Below are positions 18,379 to 26,057 of a stretch of DNA of 37,697 nucleotides, piece after piece; position 1 is the first letter of the stretch; the number at the start of each line of letters is the position of its first letter. The DNA comes from Candidatus Eiseniibacteriota bacterium (GTDB lineage: Bacteria; Eisenbacteria; RBG-16-71-46; DASYSL01), in the NCBI GenBank assembly GCA_031431875.1, contig JANPEF010000116.1:1-37697 (forward strand). Reading direction: 5' to 3'. The notes under the pieces are model-generated. The model did not search any database. It was not told the origin of the DNA and saw nothing but the letters and a program-made list of their open reading frames with translations. The position numbers and the translations under genes were made by a program.

Positions 18379-18420
18379 AAAAACACGACGGGCCGCCGGC
18401 ATCCTGCCCGACGGCCCGTT
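18379..18420 (-). terminator. Intrinsic terminator (minus strand)
   Basis: Minus RNA ACGGGCCGUCGG-GCAGGAUG-CCGGCGGCCCGU followed by CGUGUUUUU. Confidence 0.75.
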
Positions 18421-18613
18421 CGGTTGCGTTACGATGTTCCACGGTCTGACCGGGAAGACGACCGTGCCGGATCCTTGAGGGACCGGCCCGAGGCCCGTCT
18501 CCGGAACGGGACGGGACTCGAGCCGACCAGCCTGACCCCGCGATCGCTTTGATCACGGAGCCCCCGCTCACCCGCCAAGGTCTTGCATGGCTCGAAGGTC
18601 AGGCGGCCGACGC
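18379..18613 (-). ncRNA. Candidate structured non-coding RNA, about 235 nt, family not recognised
   Basis: Bounded by a sigma54 motif and a terminator. At least six complementary stem pairs and no credible ORF. Confidence 0.5.
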
Positions 18614-18623
18614 AGCAGGGTAT

Positions 18624-18639
18624 TGCGAGCACCGTGCCA
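18624..18639 (-). promoter_or_regulatory. Sigma54 (-24/-12) promoter
   Basis: Minus strand TGGCACGGTGCTCGCA against consensus TGGCACG-N4-TTGC. GG-N10-GC spacing is exact. Confidence 0.65.
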
Positions 18640-18806
18640 TCCCGCCCGGACGGGGCGCACGGCTGACGAACGCTTGACGTATACGGGGGTGGGCATTGAA
18701 TCAGCGTGAGTTACGGGCGTGGCTACGACTCGAGGATGTCACGGCGGCGTCCGGGTCGAAGCCCGCGCCGCGCCGGAACGCGGCTCCCGGGCACAAGGTG
18801 TGGCAA

Positions 18807-20078
18807 GTGCGCGTCACCGCGCACACCCGCGGCCTCGTCGCGATGCTCCTCGCCTCCGCGCTCCTCGGGGGTTGCAGCGACGCCGAGACGATCTTCGTGC
18901 CGACGGTGTACGTGGTCGCGGGTCGCGTCGCCGACCCGACGCAGAGCCCGATCGCGGGCGTGCCGGGCGCGCGGCTCACCGTCGAGACCGCGCCCGACGT
19001 CGCCGACGTGACGAGCGACGTCAACGGCGACTTCATCCTGCAGGGCGTGCCGCCCGGCACGCACCGCGTGCGCGCCGACCTCGCCGGCCACGTGAGCACG
19101 ATCACCTACGACTTCACCGTCGCCGCGAACGTGATCGATGCGTTCGTGCCGATCTTCACTCCGGCGCAGGTCGACTCGGTGCTCATCGCGCGCGGCGCGC
19201 CGGCGTGGGATCGACAGCAGGGGCTGTTCGGGCTGTTCGCGCTCAAGAGCACGGGCGTGCCGCTGGGCGACGCGGTCGCCTCGTTCACCCCGCTGCCCGG
19301 CGGCGCTCTCGTCCAGACCGGCGAGGGGGCCGACCCGATCGTGGTGGTCAACGGTGCGACGGGTGACTACCAGCTCTCGATCGCGCGGAGCGGCTACCTG
19401 TGGGACGGACCGTACGGCGTGACGCTGCGGCCGAACGTGCTCACCTTCGCGGCGCCGCGCTCGCGGCCCAACTTCAACGGCTTCGTGTTCGCCCACCTGC
19501 CGAGCGGGCCGCCGGTGGAGGGCGCTTTCGTCGCGGCCTTGCCCGCTTCCGGTGACCCCGCGGCGGGAGCGGCGACCACGAACTTCATCGGGCAGTTCTC
19601 GATCGTGGGGCTGCCGCGCGCGACGTACACGGCGCGCGTCACCGCGCCGGGCTTCCTGCCCATGCTCAGCTTCCCGCAACCGCTCGACCAGGACACGACG
19701 CTCGCGGCGATCGCGTTCACCGCCGATTCGCTCGCGGCGTGGGCCGCAGCCGGCGGCGTGGCGCCACCGACGCCCGGGCTCGGCACGATCGTGATCGACG
19801 TGCGGGATGCGGTGAGCGGTGCGCCGATCCCGGGCGCGACGGTGGAACGGGTCGGGGGCGGGGGGCGGAGCGTCGCGCAGACCGACCGTGCTCTGGCGCT
19901 GCGGCTCGACCTGCCGGTCGGCCTCCACGCCGTGTTCGCGCGCGCGCCGGGCTACACCGAATCAGCGCCGCAGGCGCAGTCACGCGTCGAGGCCGATGCC
20001 GTCACGTTCGGATCGGTGTCGCTGGAGGCGCTGCCGACGGCGCGCGGCGGCACGCGGACGAAGCCTCAGCGCCGGTAG
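18807..20078 (+). CDS. Lipoprotein with carboxypeptidase-regulatory-like (CarboxypepD_reg) repeats
   Basis: Lipobox LLGG-C. Repeated G.V.D...P+.GA.+...T+..G.F.L.G+P.G.. units. Start probably GTG 18807 rather than 18696. Confidence 0.8.
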   Translation: MRVTAHTRGLVAMLLASALLGGCSDAETIFVPTVYVVAGRVADPTQSPIAGVPGARLTVETAPDVADVTSDVNGDFILQGVPPGTHRVRADLAGHVSTITYDFTVAANVIDAFVPIFTPAQVDSVLIARGAPAWDRQQGLFGLFALKSTGVPLGDAVASFTPLPGGALVQTGEGADPIVVVNGATGDYQLSIARSGYLWDGPYGVTLRPNVLTFAAPRSRPNFNGFVFAHLPSGPPVEGAFVAALPASGDPAAGAATTNFIGQFSIVGLPRATYTARVTAPGFLPMLSFPQPLDQDTTLAAIAFTADSLAAWAAAGGVAPPTPGLGTIVIDVRDAVSGAPIPGATVERVGGGGRSVAQTDRALALRLDLPVGLHAVFARAPGYTESAPQAQSRVEADAVTFGSVSLEALPTARGGTRTKPQRR

Positions 20079-21145
20079 GTATCCTTCACCCGGCCCCACG
20101 ACGTGGGCGCCACGGGCGTCGAGTACTCGGCGCGGAACAGCCCGTTCGCGCGCGTGCCGGCGAACACCATGGCCGAGTCCGCTGCGGCCGCGCCGACGGT
20201 GCACAACACGGCGCGCACGTCGTTGTCGCCCGCCAGGTCAGGGCCGAACTTCCGCCAGTTGGCGCCGCCGTTGACGCTCTCCCACACGCCCTGTCCGCGG
20301 GTGCCGGCGTACAGCACGGGCAGCCCGTCGGTGCGCCGCGCGATGTCGTTGATCGGCAGCGCCGGCAGACCCGTCGAGGACGGGAACCACGACAGGCCCT
20401 GGTTCGTGCTGCGGTAGACACCGCCCTCGGTCGCGGCGTAGACCAGGTTCGAGTCGCTCGCCGCGATGACGATCGCGTTGGCGATCACGCCCGGCGCGAC
20501 CGACGACCACGCGCCGTTCGCCCAGCGCTCGATCCCGCCGTCGGTGCCGGCGACGAGGAACGTGCCGCCGCGCACGCGGGCCAGCGCGCGCACCCGCAGG
20601 TCGGTGAGGCCGGCATTCATCGCCGCCCAGCGGATCGTGTCGTTGAGCGCCGCCTTCGGGCCACCGACGAACACGCCGGCGCCGTAAAGCGCGCAGAACA
20701 CCGACTCGGGCTTCGCCACGTGCAGGATCACGGCGCGGGCATCGCGGCCGATGGTCGGTAGCCCGTCGTTGATCGGGTACCAATTGGTGCCGGTGTCGAT
20801 CGTCTTCGTCATGCCCAGCGTGCCGGCCGCGACGTAACCGACATTCTCGTTCTGCGCCGTCACGTCGTGGGCCGAAGGCAGGAACAACCGCGCGTACTGG
20901 TCACCGCAATCGGTCGACACGCCGAGGCCGCCGTTGTTGAGCCCGGTCCACGCCACGACACAGGCGTTGCCCGGGGGCGAGACAAGCGTCGTGAACTCAT
21001 ACCCGGCGAAACCGAGCGGTGCCCAGCTGAGCGCGGTCGAGGCCGAGCGGGCGGTGACGGCGGCCGCGGCAAGCCCCGCGATGGCCAGGCCGGCGGCGAG
21101 CGCGGCGCCGCGACGGAGTCGGTGCGAAGGCTGGATACGGCTCAT
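20066..21145 (-). CDS. Secreted BNR/Asp-box beta-propeller protein with C-terminal SWGRVKDTYRR tag
   Basis: Signal peptide, Asp-box repeats (STDCG, TIDTG.NW, STNQG.SW, SVNGG.NW) and YAGT.G.GV motifs. Confidence 0.88.
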   Translation of the reverse strand: MSRIQPSHRLRRGAALAAGLAIAGLAAAAVTARSASTALSWAPLGFAGYEFTTLVSPPGNACVVAWTGLNNGGLGVSTDCGDQYARLFLPSAHDVTAQNENVGYVAAGTLGMTKTIDTGTNWYPINDGLPTIGRDARAVILHVAKPESVFCALYGAGVFVGGPKAALNDTIRWAAMNAGLTDLRVRALARVRGGTFLVAGTDGGIERWANGAWSSVAPGVIANAIVIAASDSNLVYAATEGGVYRSTNQGLSWFPSSTGLPALPINDIARRTDGLPVLYAGTRGQGVWESVNGGANWRKFGPDLAGDNDVRAVLCTVGAAAADSAMVFAGTRANGLFRAEYSTPVAPTSWGRVKDTYRR

Positions 21146-21214
21146 GCGGCGGCTCCCGGAAACGACGGTGCGACGATCAGGCGGCGAATGGGGCGGACGA
21201 AGGGACGCCCTCCA

Positions 21215-22645
21215 TTATAGCCGCGCCGACGGCAAGCGGACCAGCCGTCCTGCGGCGGTCGTCGCGCCCGCCGTGACCCGCACCGCGTAGACGCCGGGGG
21301 CCACCGGGCGACCCGCCTCGTCGCGACCGTCCCACGGTAGCGTCGCCTCTCCGGCCCCGGCTCCGCCGGAGCTCTCGAGCGCGCGCACGCGTCGGCCGGC
21401 GGCGTCGAGGATCGTGGCGCGGATCGGGGTCGCCGCGCTCGGGCTGGCGCCGAGACGGACGCGGATCAGGACGTCGTCGCGGGAGGGATTCGGCCATGCC
21501 TGGGCGAACGCGAGTGCTCCCCCTCCACCTGCTTCGCCGATGGAGGTAACTGCGCTGCCGTCGAACTCGAGGTCCTGCGGCGGGAGCCCCGTCCACGTCG
21601 GGCCGGCCAGCGGCGCGAGCGTGGCGACGTCGAACACGCGGATGCCCGGGCTCGCCGGCGTGCGATCGCACAGCCACAGCTCGCCGCGATCGTTGGCCTC
21701 GGCATCGGCCAGGTTGAAGCCGGCGGTCGCGTAGACGGCCGTGCCCACCGTGCCGGTCGCGCGGTCGTACGGCTTGCACACGGTGTTGAACGACGCATCG
21801 CTCAGCACGACGAAGCCGCGCCCGGCGCTCGCGGGCACGACGTCGGCGACGTCGCCGCCCAGGGCGACCTCGGTCGTCTCGATCGCGTCGACCGCGAGCG
21901 CCAGCGGATCGATGCGCACCACCCCGCCGTCGTTGGCGCCGTAGAAGCCGGTGCACCCCACGACCAGGCGGCCGCTCGGATCGACCACCAGCTCGGTCGT
22001 CGGGTTCTGGAACGGCAGCAGGATGCCCTGCACGCCCGGCGCGGCGGCGTCGCAATCGACCAGCATGTCGGTCACGGGGTCGATGACGACGACGGCGCTC
22101 GAATCGGTCGGCGAGAAGAACGCGTCGCGATCGTTGCGCTGCACGGTGACGAACACGCGCCCGCCGACCAGCGCCATGCGGTTCATCTCGGGGATATCGT
22201 CTGCGTCGGCAAAGGCCGCCAGCGAGATCGCCCCGACGAAGGCGCCGGTCGAGGGATTCACGATCCAGAGATCCGGCGAGTCGTAGCGCGTCACGTAGGC
22301 CTTCGTCGGCGAGACGACGACGATGTCGTTCGGGTTCGACCCGTTGCCGACCGAGAACTGGCGCACGAGCTGGAAGCCGTTCGCCGGGTCGAGGACGCGC
22401 ACGTTGTCGCAGCCGAAGCGCTCGATCACGTAGAGCAGTCCCTGGTGGTGGCGCAGCACGGCGTCGGAGCACACCGTCGCCACGTTCGGCGTGGCGACCG
22501 GCGGAGCGCCGAAGGCGACGCTTGCGAGGTTTCCCGAGGCGAAGTCGGTGGCATAGACGAAGCCGCGCAACTGCGCGGCTTCGGAGGTGTGTACGCCGAA
22601 GGCGAGAGCTGTTGCGATTGCTGTGAACACGAGTCGACGAATCAC
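21215..22645 (-). CDS. BtuG/YncE-like beta-propeller with C-terminal FlgD-Ig (T9SS-CTD-like) domain
   Basis: SVG.GSNP.DI, KAYVTRY and VVVIDP blades. C-terminus PNP...ILDAAGRRVR.L...WDGRD..GRPVAPGVY.VRV. The GTG start overlaps the btuB stop. Confidence 0.8.
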   Translation of the reverse strand: MIRRLVFTAIATALAFGVHTSEAAQLRGFVYATDFASGNLASVAFGAPPVATPNVATVCSDAVLRHHQGLLYVIERFGCDNVRVLDPANGFQLVRQFSVGNGSNPNDIVVVSPTKAYVTRYDSPDLWIVNPSTGAFVGAISLAAFADADDIPEMNRMALVGGRVFVTVQRNDRDAFFSPTDSSAVVVIDPVTDMLVDCDAAAPGVQGILLPFQNPTTELVVDPSGRLVVGCTGFYGANDGGVVRIDPLALAVDAIETTEVALGGDVADVVPASAGRGFVVLSDASFNTVCKPYDRATGTVGTAVYATAGFNLADAEANDRGELWLCDRTPASPGIRVFDVATLAPLAGPTWTGLPPQDLEFDGSAVTSIGEAGGGGALAFAQAWPNPSRDDVLIRVRLGASPSAATPIRATILDAAGRRVRALESSGGAGAGEATLPWDGRDEAGRPVAPGVYAVRVTAGATTAAGRLVRLPSARL

Positions 22646-24732
22646 GGGTGTCCATCCTTTCCATCGAAGCGATAGCGCAGGCCGGCGAACAACGAGCGAC
22701 CCGGCAGGGGATAGCCGCCGAAATCAAAGACCCGGCGGTCGGTCAGGTTGGTGCACTCCATCGTCAGTTCGAGCGGCGCCCACGCGGGCGCCACGGTCGC
22801 GCCCAGGTCGATCAGCGCGCGCGCATCGATCGGCTGCAGGTTCGCGCGGTCCAGGGAATGCGCGCCGACCACGTGCAGCTCGGCAAACGGCCGGAACGGC
22901 GCGTGCGCCGCGGCATGCGCCAGGCGCAACGACGCCTCGTGCCCGGGGCGGCCGGGGAGTTCGTTGCCGCGCCAGTAGGCGACGTCACTCTCGTCGCGCG
23001 TCCACTGCCGTGTGTACGACAGGTCGACCGACAGGCCCCGGGTCCACGCCGTGCGGGCGGCGACCTCGACACCTTCGATCCGCGCCGCCGACACGTTCTG
23101 CGCCACCGAGGTCTGCGCCGAGTTCTGGATCCAGACCAGCAGGTCGGTCGCGTCCGTGCGGAACGCGACCACCTGCAGCTCGACCCAGCGCGGGCCGCCG
23201 CCGTCGCGTGCGCCCGCGAGGTCGAGCCCGAGACCTGCGTCCCGCGTGGACAACTGTTCGGGGCGTGCGTCGGGATTGCCATGGACGCCGCCGCGATGGC
23301 CGAACAGCTCCTCGAGCGTGGGCATGCGGCCCAGGCGCGAGGCGCTCGCGCGCAGTGCCAGCGTGCCGAACGCGCCACGCAGCACGTCGGCCCGCGCGCC
23401 CAGAGTGCCGCGCGTGAAGCGCTCCGTGCGCGAGACCGCGGGCCGTGGCAGCGCGCCCGGGTAGGGCGACCCGGCGGGGAACGCGTCGAACGTGTTCTCG
23501 CTGCGGACCTGCGCGGTGAGACCGATGCGGCCGTCGGACGGCGACCAGCGATCCTCCGCGCCGAAGACGAGGAACTCGCGCGTGCGCGTCGGGCCCGCGC
23601 TGGGAGCGGGGATCTCGGTCCCGGGGACGTAGCGCTCGCGCCGCGCCTCGGCCACGAGTTCGAGCGCGTTGGCGGCGGGCAGCGCGACTCTCGTGAGCAG
23701 GCGTGCGCCGTCGCGTGAGGTCTGGTCGTCGGTCGCCATGCGCGAACCGGTCAGCTCGCGGGCTGGATCGTTGAAGCGGTCCCGATTGCGAACGGAATAG
23801 AAGAGCAGCGACGGGACGATCGACGGCGGTGGAGCGGCGGCGACGGAGGCATTCCGCCGCTCGAGGCGCAGCCCCGTGACCGCGCGTTCGGTGCGCAGGT
23901 TCGCGTACAGCGCGGTATTGCTGCCGGTGCCGGGCGTGCCCTGCGTCTTGTCGAGGCGGTCGTGCGTGAGCGACATCGCGACGGGGCCTGCGGCCGTGGC
24001 CAGGCGGCCGGTCCATGCCCGCGAGACGAACGCGTTGTTGGCGCGCACGGCGTCGACGTCGTCGCCGGGCTCGGCATCGGTCCCGTTGTCGTCGCGGTAC
24101 GGGAAGTCGCCCTCGCTCTCCAGGTACTGCCCGACGACGGTGAGTCGCGTCGCGCCACGCGTCGCGCCGAACGCTCCGTCGGTCTTCCGCGTGTCGAACG
24201 ATCCCGCGCCGACCGCCGCGCGCGCCCACAGTCGTCCGTCGTCGCGGGTGACCAGCTCGACCACGCCGCCGCCGGGCGCGTCGAACGCGAGCGGCGCGCC
24301 GCCGCGGTAGACGTCGATGCGGCCCAGCGCCTCGATCGGCAGGTCCGCGGCGTTGACCACGCCGTACTGCGCCTGGTTCAGCGGCACGCCGTCGAGATAG
24401 AACGCGACCTGCGACGAACTACTGCCGCGAATCGACACCGCACCGAACGAGCCCAGCCCGCCGAAGCGCCGCACGTGCACGCCGACCCCCGTGGACAACA
24501 GGTCGGCGGTCGTGCGCAGGCGGCCGTGTGCCTGCGAGACGTCGTACGACCGCGCAAATCCGACAGCGGCCCGCAGCGCAGGGTCGTCGGGGCGCGCACG
24601 CCCATCCACGACCTGCTGGACAGGCAGCGTGTAGACGGTGTCGCGATCGGCGCGCAGTGAATCAGACGCGACGGCGGCCGCAGGGGAAGCGGCGAGGACC
24701 GCGGCCAGGGCCGCGGCGAGGAACTGCGACAT
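22642..24732 (-). CDS. btuB: TonB-dependent cobalamin receptor
   Basis: Plug motifs GV.VR..GG.G...SIRGS...QV.FYLDGVP and RIDVYRG, C-terminal NLTD...YPLPGR...GLRYRF. Lies downstream of a cobalamin riboswitch. Confidence 0.85.
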   Translation of the reverse strand: MSQFLAAALAAVLAASPAAAVASDSLRADRDTVYTLPVQQVVDGRARPDDPALRAAVGFARSYDVSQAHGRLRTTADLLSTGVGVHVRRFGGLGSFGAVSIRGSSSSQVAFYLDGVPLNQAQYGVVNAADLPIEALGRIDVYRGGAPLAFDAPGGGVVELVTRDDGRLWARAAVGAGSFDTRKTDGAFGATRGATRLTVVGQYLESEGDFPYRDDNGTDAEPGDDVDAVRANNAFVSRAWTGRLATAAGPVAMSLTHDRLDKTQGTPGTGSNTALYANLRTERAVTGLRLERRNASVAAAPPPSIVPSLLFYSVRNRDRFNDPARELTGSRMATDDQTSRDGARLLTRVALPAANALELVAEARRERYVPGTEIPAPSAGPTRTREFLVFGAEDRWSPSDGRIGLTAQVRSENTFDAFPAGSPYPGALPRPAVSRTERFTRGTLGARADVLRGAFGTLALRASASRLGRMPTLEELFGHRGGVHGNPDARPEQLSTRDAGLGLDLAGARDGGGPRWVELQVVAFRTDATDLLVWIQNSAQTSVAQNVSAARIEGVEVAARTAWTRGLSVDLSYTRQWTRDESDVAYWRGNELPGRPGHEASLRLAHAAAHAPFRPFAELHVVGAHSLDRANLQPIDARALIDLGATVAPAWAPLELTMECTNLTDRRVFDFGGYPLPGRSLFAGLRYRFDGKDGHP

Positions 24733-24816
24733 GCGGAGGTCTCCCGCCTCACGGTGTCCGACGAGGTGACGCCTCGCGACGGGAGGGGGAGGCCATGGCC
24801 GGGAGAGGGCGCAACG

Positions 24817-24848
24817 AAAAACGCCCTCCCGGACTCACGGGGAAGGCG
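24817..24848 (-). terminator. Riboswitch expression-platform terminator
   Basis: Minus RNA CGCCUUCCC-CGUGAGUCC-GGGAGGGCG-UUUUU, between the aptamer and the btuB start. Confidence 0.7.
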
Positions 24849-24892
24849 CGTACAGCCCAGCCTCTCTCTCGCGAAGAGTCACGGGAACGCGA

Positions 24893-25055
24893 CCGGGCAG
24901 GTCTCCTGACTGAGGGCTCAACGCCGGTTCCGCCTTCCCGACCTTGCGGTCAGTGGCATCGTGGAATCGCGGCTCGCCCATCACAGTGACGGGATCGTGG
25001 GGGAATCACACCCCCTTCCCTTTTCACCCCTTGCGGGGCACCCGAATCGGATGTG
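24893..25055 (-). promoter_or_regulatory. Cobalamin riboswitch
   Basis: Minus strand carries AAAAGGGAAGGGGGTGTGATTCCCCCAC, CCCGTCACTGTGA, GCCACTG, GGGAAGGC and the B12 box AGTCAGGAGACCTGCC in canonical order. Confidence 0.95.
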
Positions 25056-25060
25056 AAGCG

Positions 25061-25089
25061 ACCGTAGTCTCGACGCGAGGCGCGGTCAA
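25061..25089 (-). promoter_or_regulatory. Sigma70 promoter of the riboswitch-btuB transcript
   Basis: TTGACC-N17-TACGGT, placing the predicted TSS at the riboswitch 5' end. Confidence 0.6.
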
Positions 25090-25223
25090 TCGCTGATTCC
25101 CGGTCGGTGAAGCGACGACCCGGAGGGAACTGAAACGGATGCGCCAGGCCTGGATTCGACGCCCCCCCACGGGTTTCGATCCCTGCGCCGACGCATCCGA
25201 GTCGTTTGACCGAATGGTGCTGG

Positions 25224-25709
25224 CTACAGCTTCTCGGCGCCCGCCGCTTCGAGAATGCGCTTGGCGCTGTTCGCGCGATCGCCCTCGGCGGTCACGCCGA
25301 CGAGCACGCCGCCGCTGCCCATCTTCTGGTCGTACATCTTCGCTTCGTGCTCAGGGACGCCCAGGCCGATCAGGCCGCCGGTGAGACCACCGGCCGCCGC
25401 GCCCGCGCCCAGGCCCGTGAGGGCCGCGACGATGGGGCCGGCCGCGACGAACGCCATGCCGGGGATCGCAACCGTCGCGATCGCGGCGAGACCCATCGCG
25501 ACCGCGCCGACCGCGCCGCCGATGGCAGCGCCAGTGGCGACGCCCTCGGGCGCCTTGTTTCCCTTCTCGACGTTGAACTCATGGCCGTCCTTGCCCTTCG
25601 ACATGAGGACGCTGATGTCTTCCGTGCGGAACCCGTCGTCCATCAGGTCCTGAACGGCACGATCCGCGCTGGTGCGCGCCGGGAAGATTCCCGAGATGAG
25701 CTTGGACAT
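25224..25709 (-). CDS. General stress protein / glycine-zipper membrane protein (YflT/DUF3341-like)
   Basis: G+F...A..AV..L...GF...DISVL, GA.IGG.VG, IPG...AAGP, GGL.G.LIGLG+PE.EAK.Y. GGAG SD. Confidence 0.85.
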   Translation of the reverse strand: MSKLISGIFPARTSADRAVQDLMDDGFRTEDISVLMSKGKDGHEFNVEKGNKAPEGVATGAAIGGAVGAVAMGLAAIATVAIPGMAFVAAGPIVAALTGLGAGAAAGGLTGGLIGLGVPEHEAKMYDQKMGSGGVLVGVTAEGDRANSAKRILEAAGAEKL

Positions 25710-25794
25710 GGGTGACTCCTTCGGAGGGGTGAAGCGAAATGGAGGTCCGGGTCCGCCACGCGGAGCCGGGGGGTCTGATTACTCCTTCCAGGGA

Positions 25795-25809
25795 GCAGGT
25801 TCCATGCCG
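25795..25809 (-). promoter_or_regulatory. Sigma54 promoter of the stress-protein gene
   Basis: Minus strand CGGCATGGAACCTGC (GG-N10-GC). A near-palindrome TGTAGATTCGACA at 25882-25894 may be an enhancer-binding-protein site. Confidence 0.55.
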
Positions 25810-26057
25810 CACGCCAAGTCGTTGCGGCACAACGAGGGAGGTGCGGCGGCAAGTCGATTGGAGTCGAGCGGAGGAGCGGATTGTAGATTCGACATCGCGG
25901 GGTCGGAGCGCCGGAGCCTGACCGGACGGCGGGTGGAGCGAGGCGGTGGGCCAGGTGGGTCCGATGGGCCCATCCATCCCGTTGCAATCGGCAACGACCC
26001 CGCGATTCCCCGCTTCAGGCGCGGCCGGGAGCGGCCGATACCTCGTGCGGAGGGCGC

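Noticed and set aside
18379..18620. Assignment of the candidate ncRNA to 6S, SRP, tmRNA, RNase P RNA, a c-di-AMP riboswitch or CsrB
   Set aside because: Diagnostic motifs are not found: no SRP GGAA/AGCAG loop, no tRNA-like ends, no GAGGAAAGUCC, only a few GGA motifs, and a multi-hairpin rather than single-rod fold. Left unassigned pending an Rfam search.
20066..21219. BNR propeller gene as a certain member of the B12 riboswitch operon
   Set aside because: A perfect TATAAT on the minus strand at 21219-21214 suggests it may have its own promoter, so co-regulation is unsupported.
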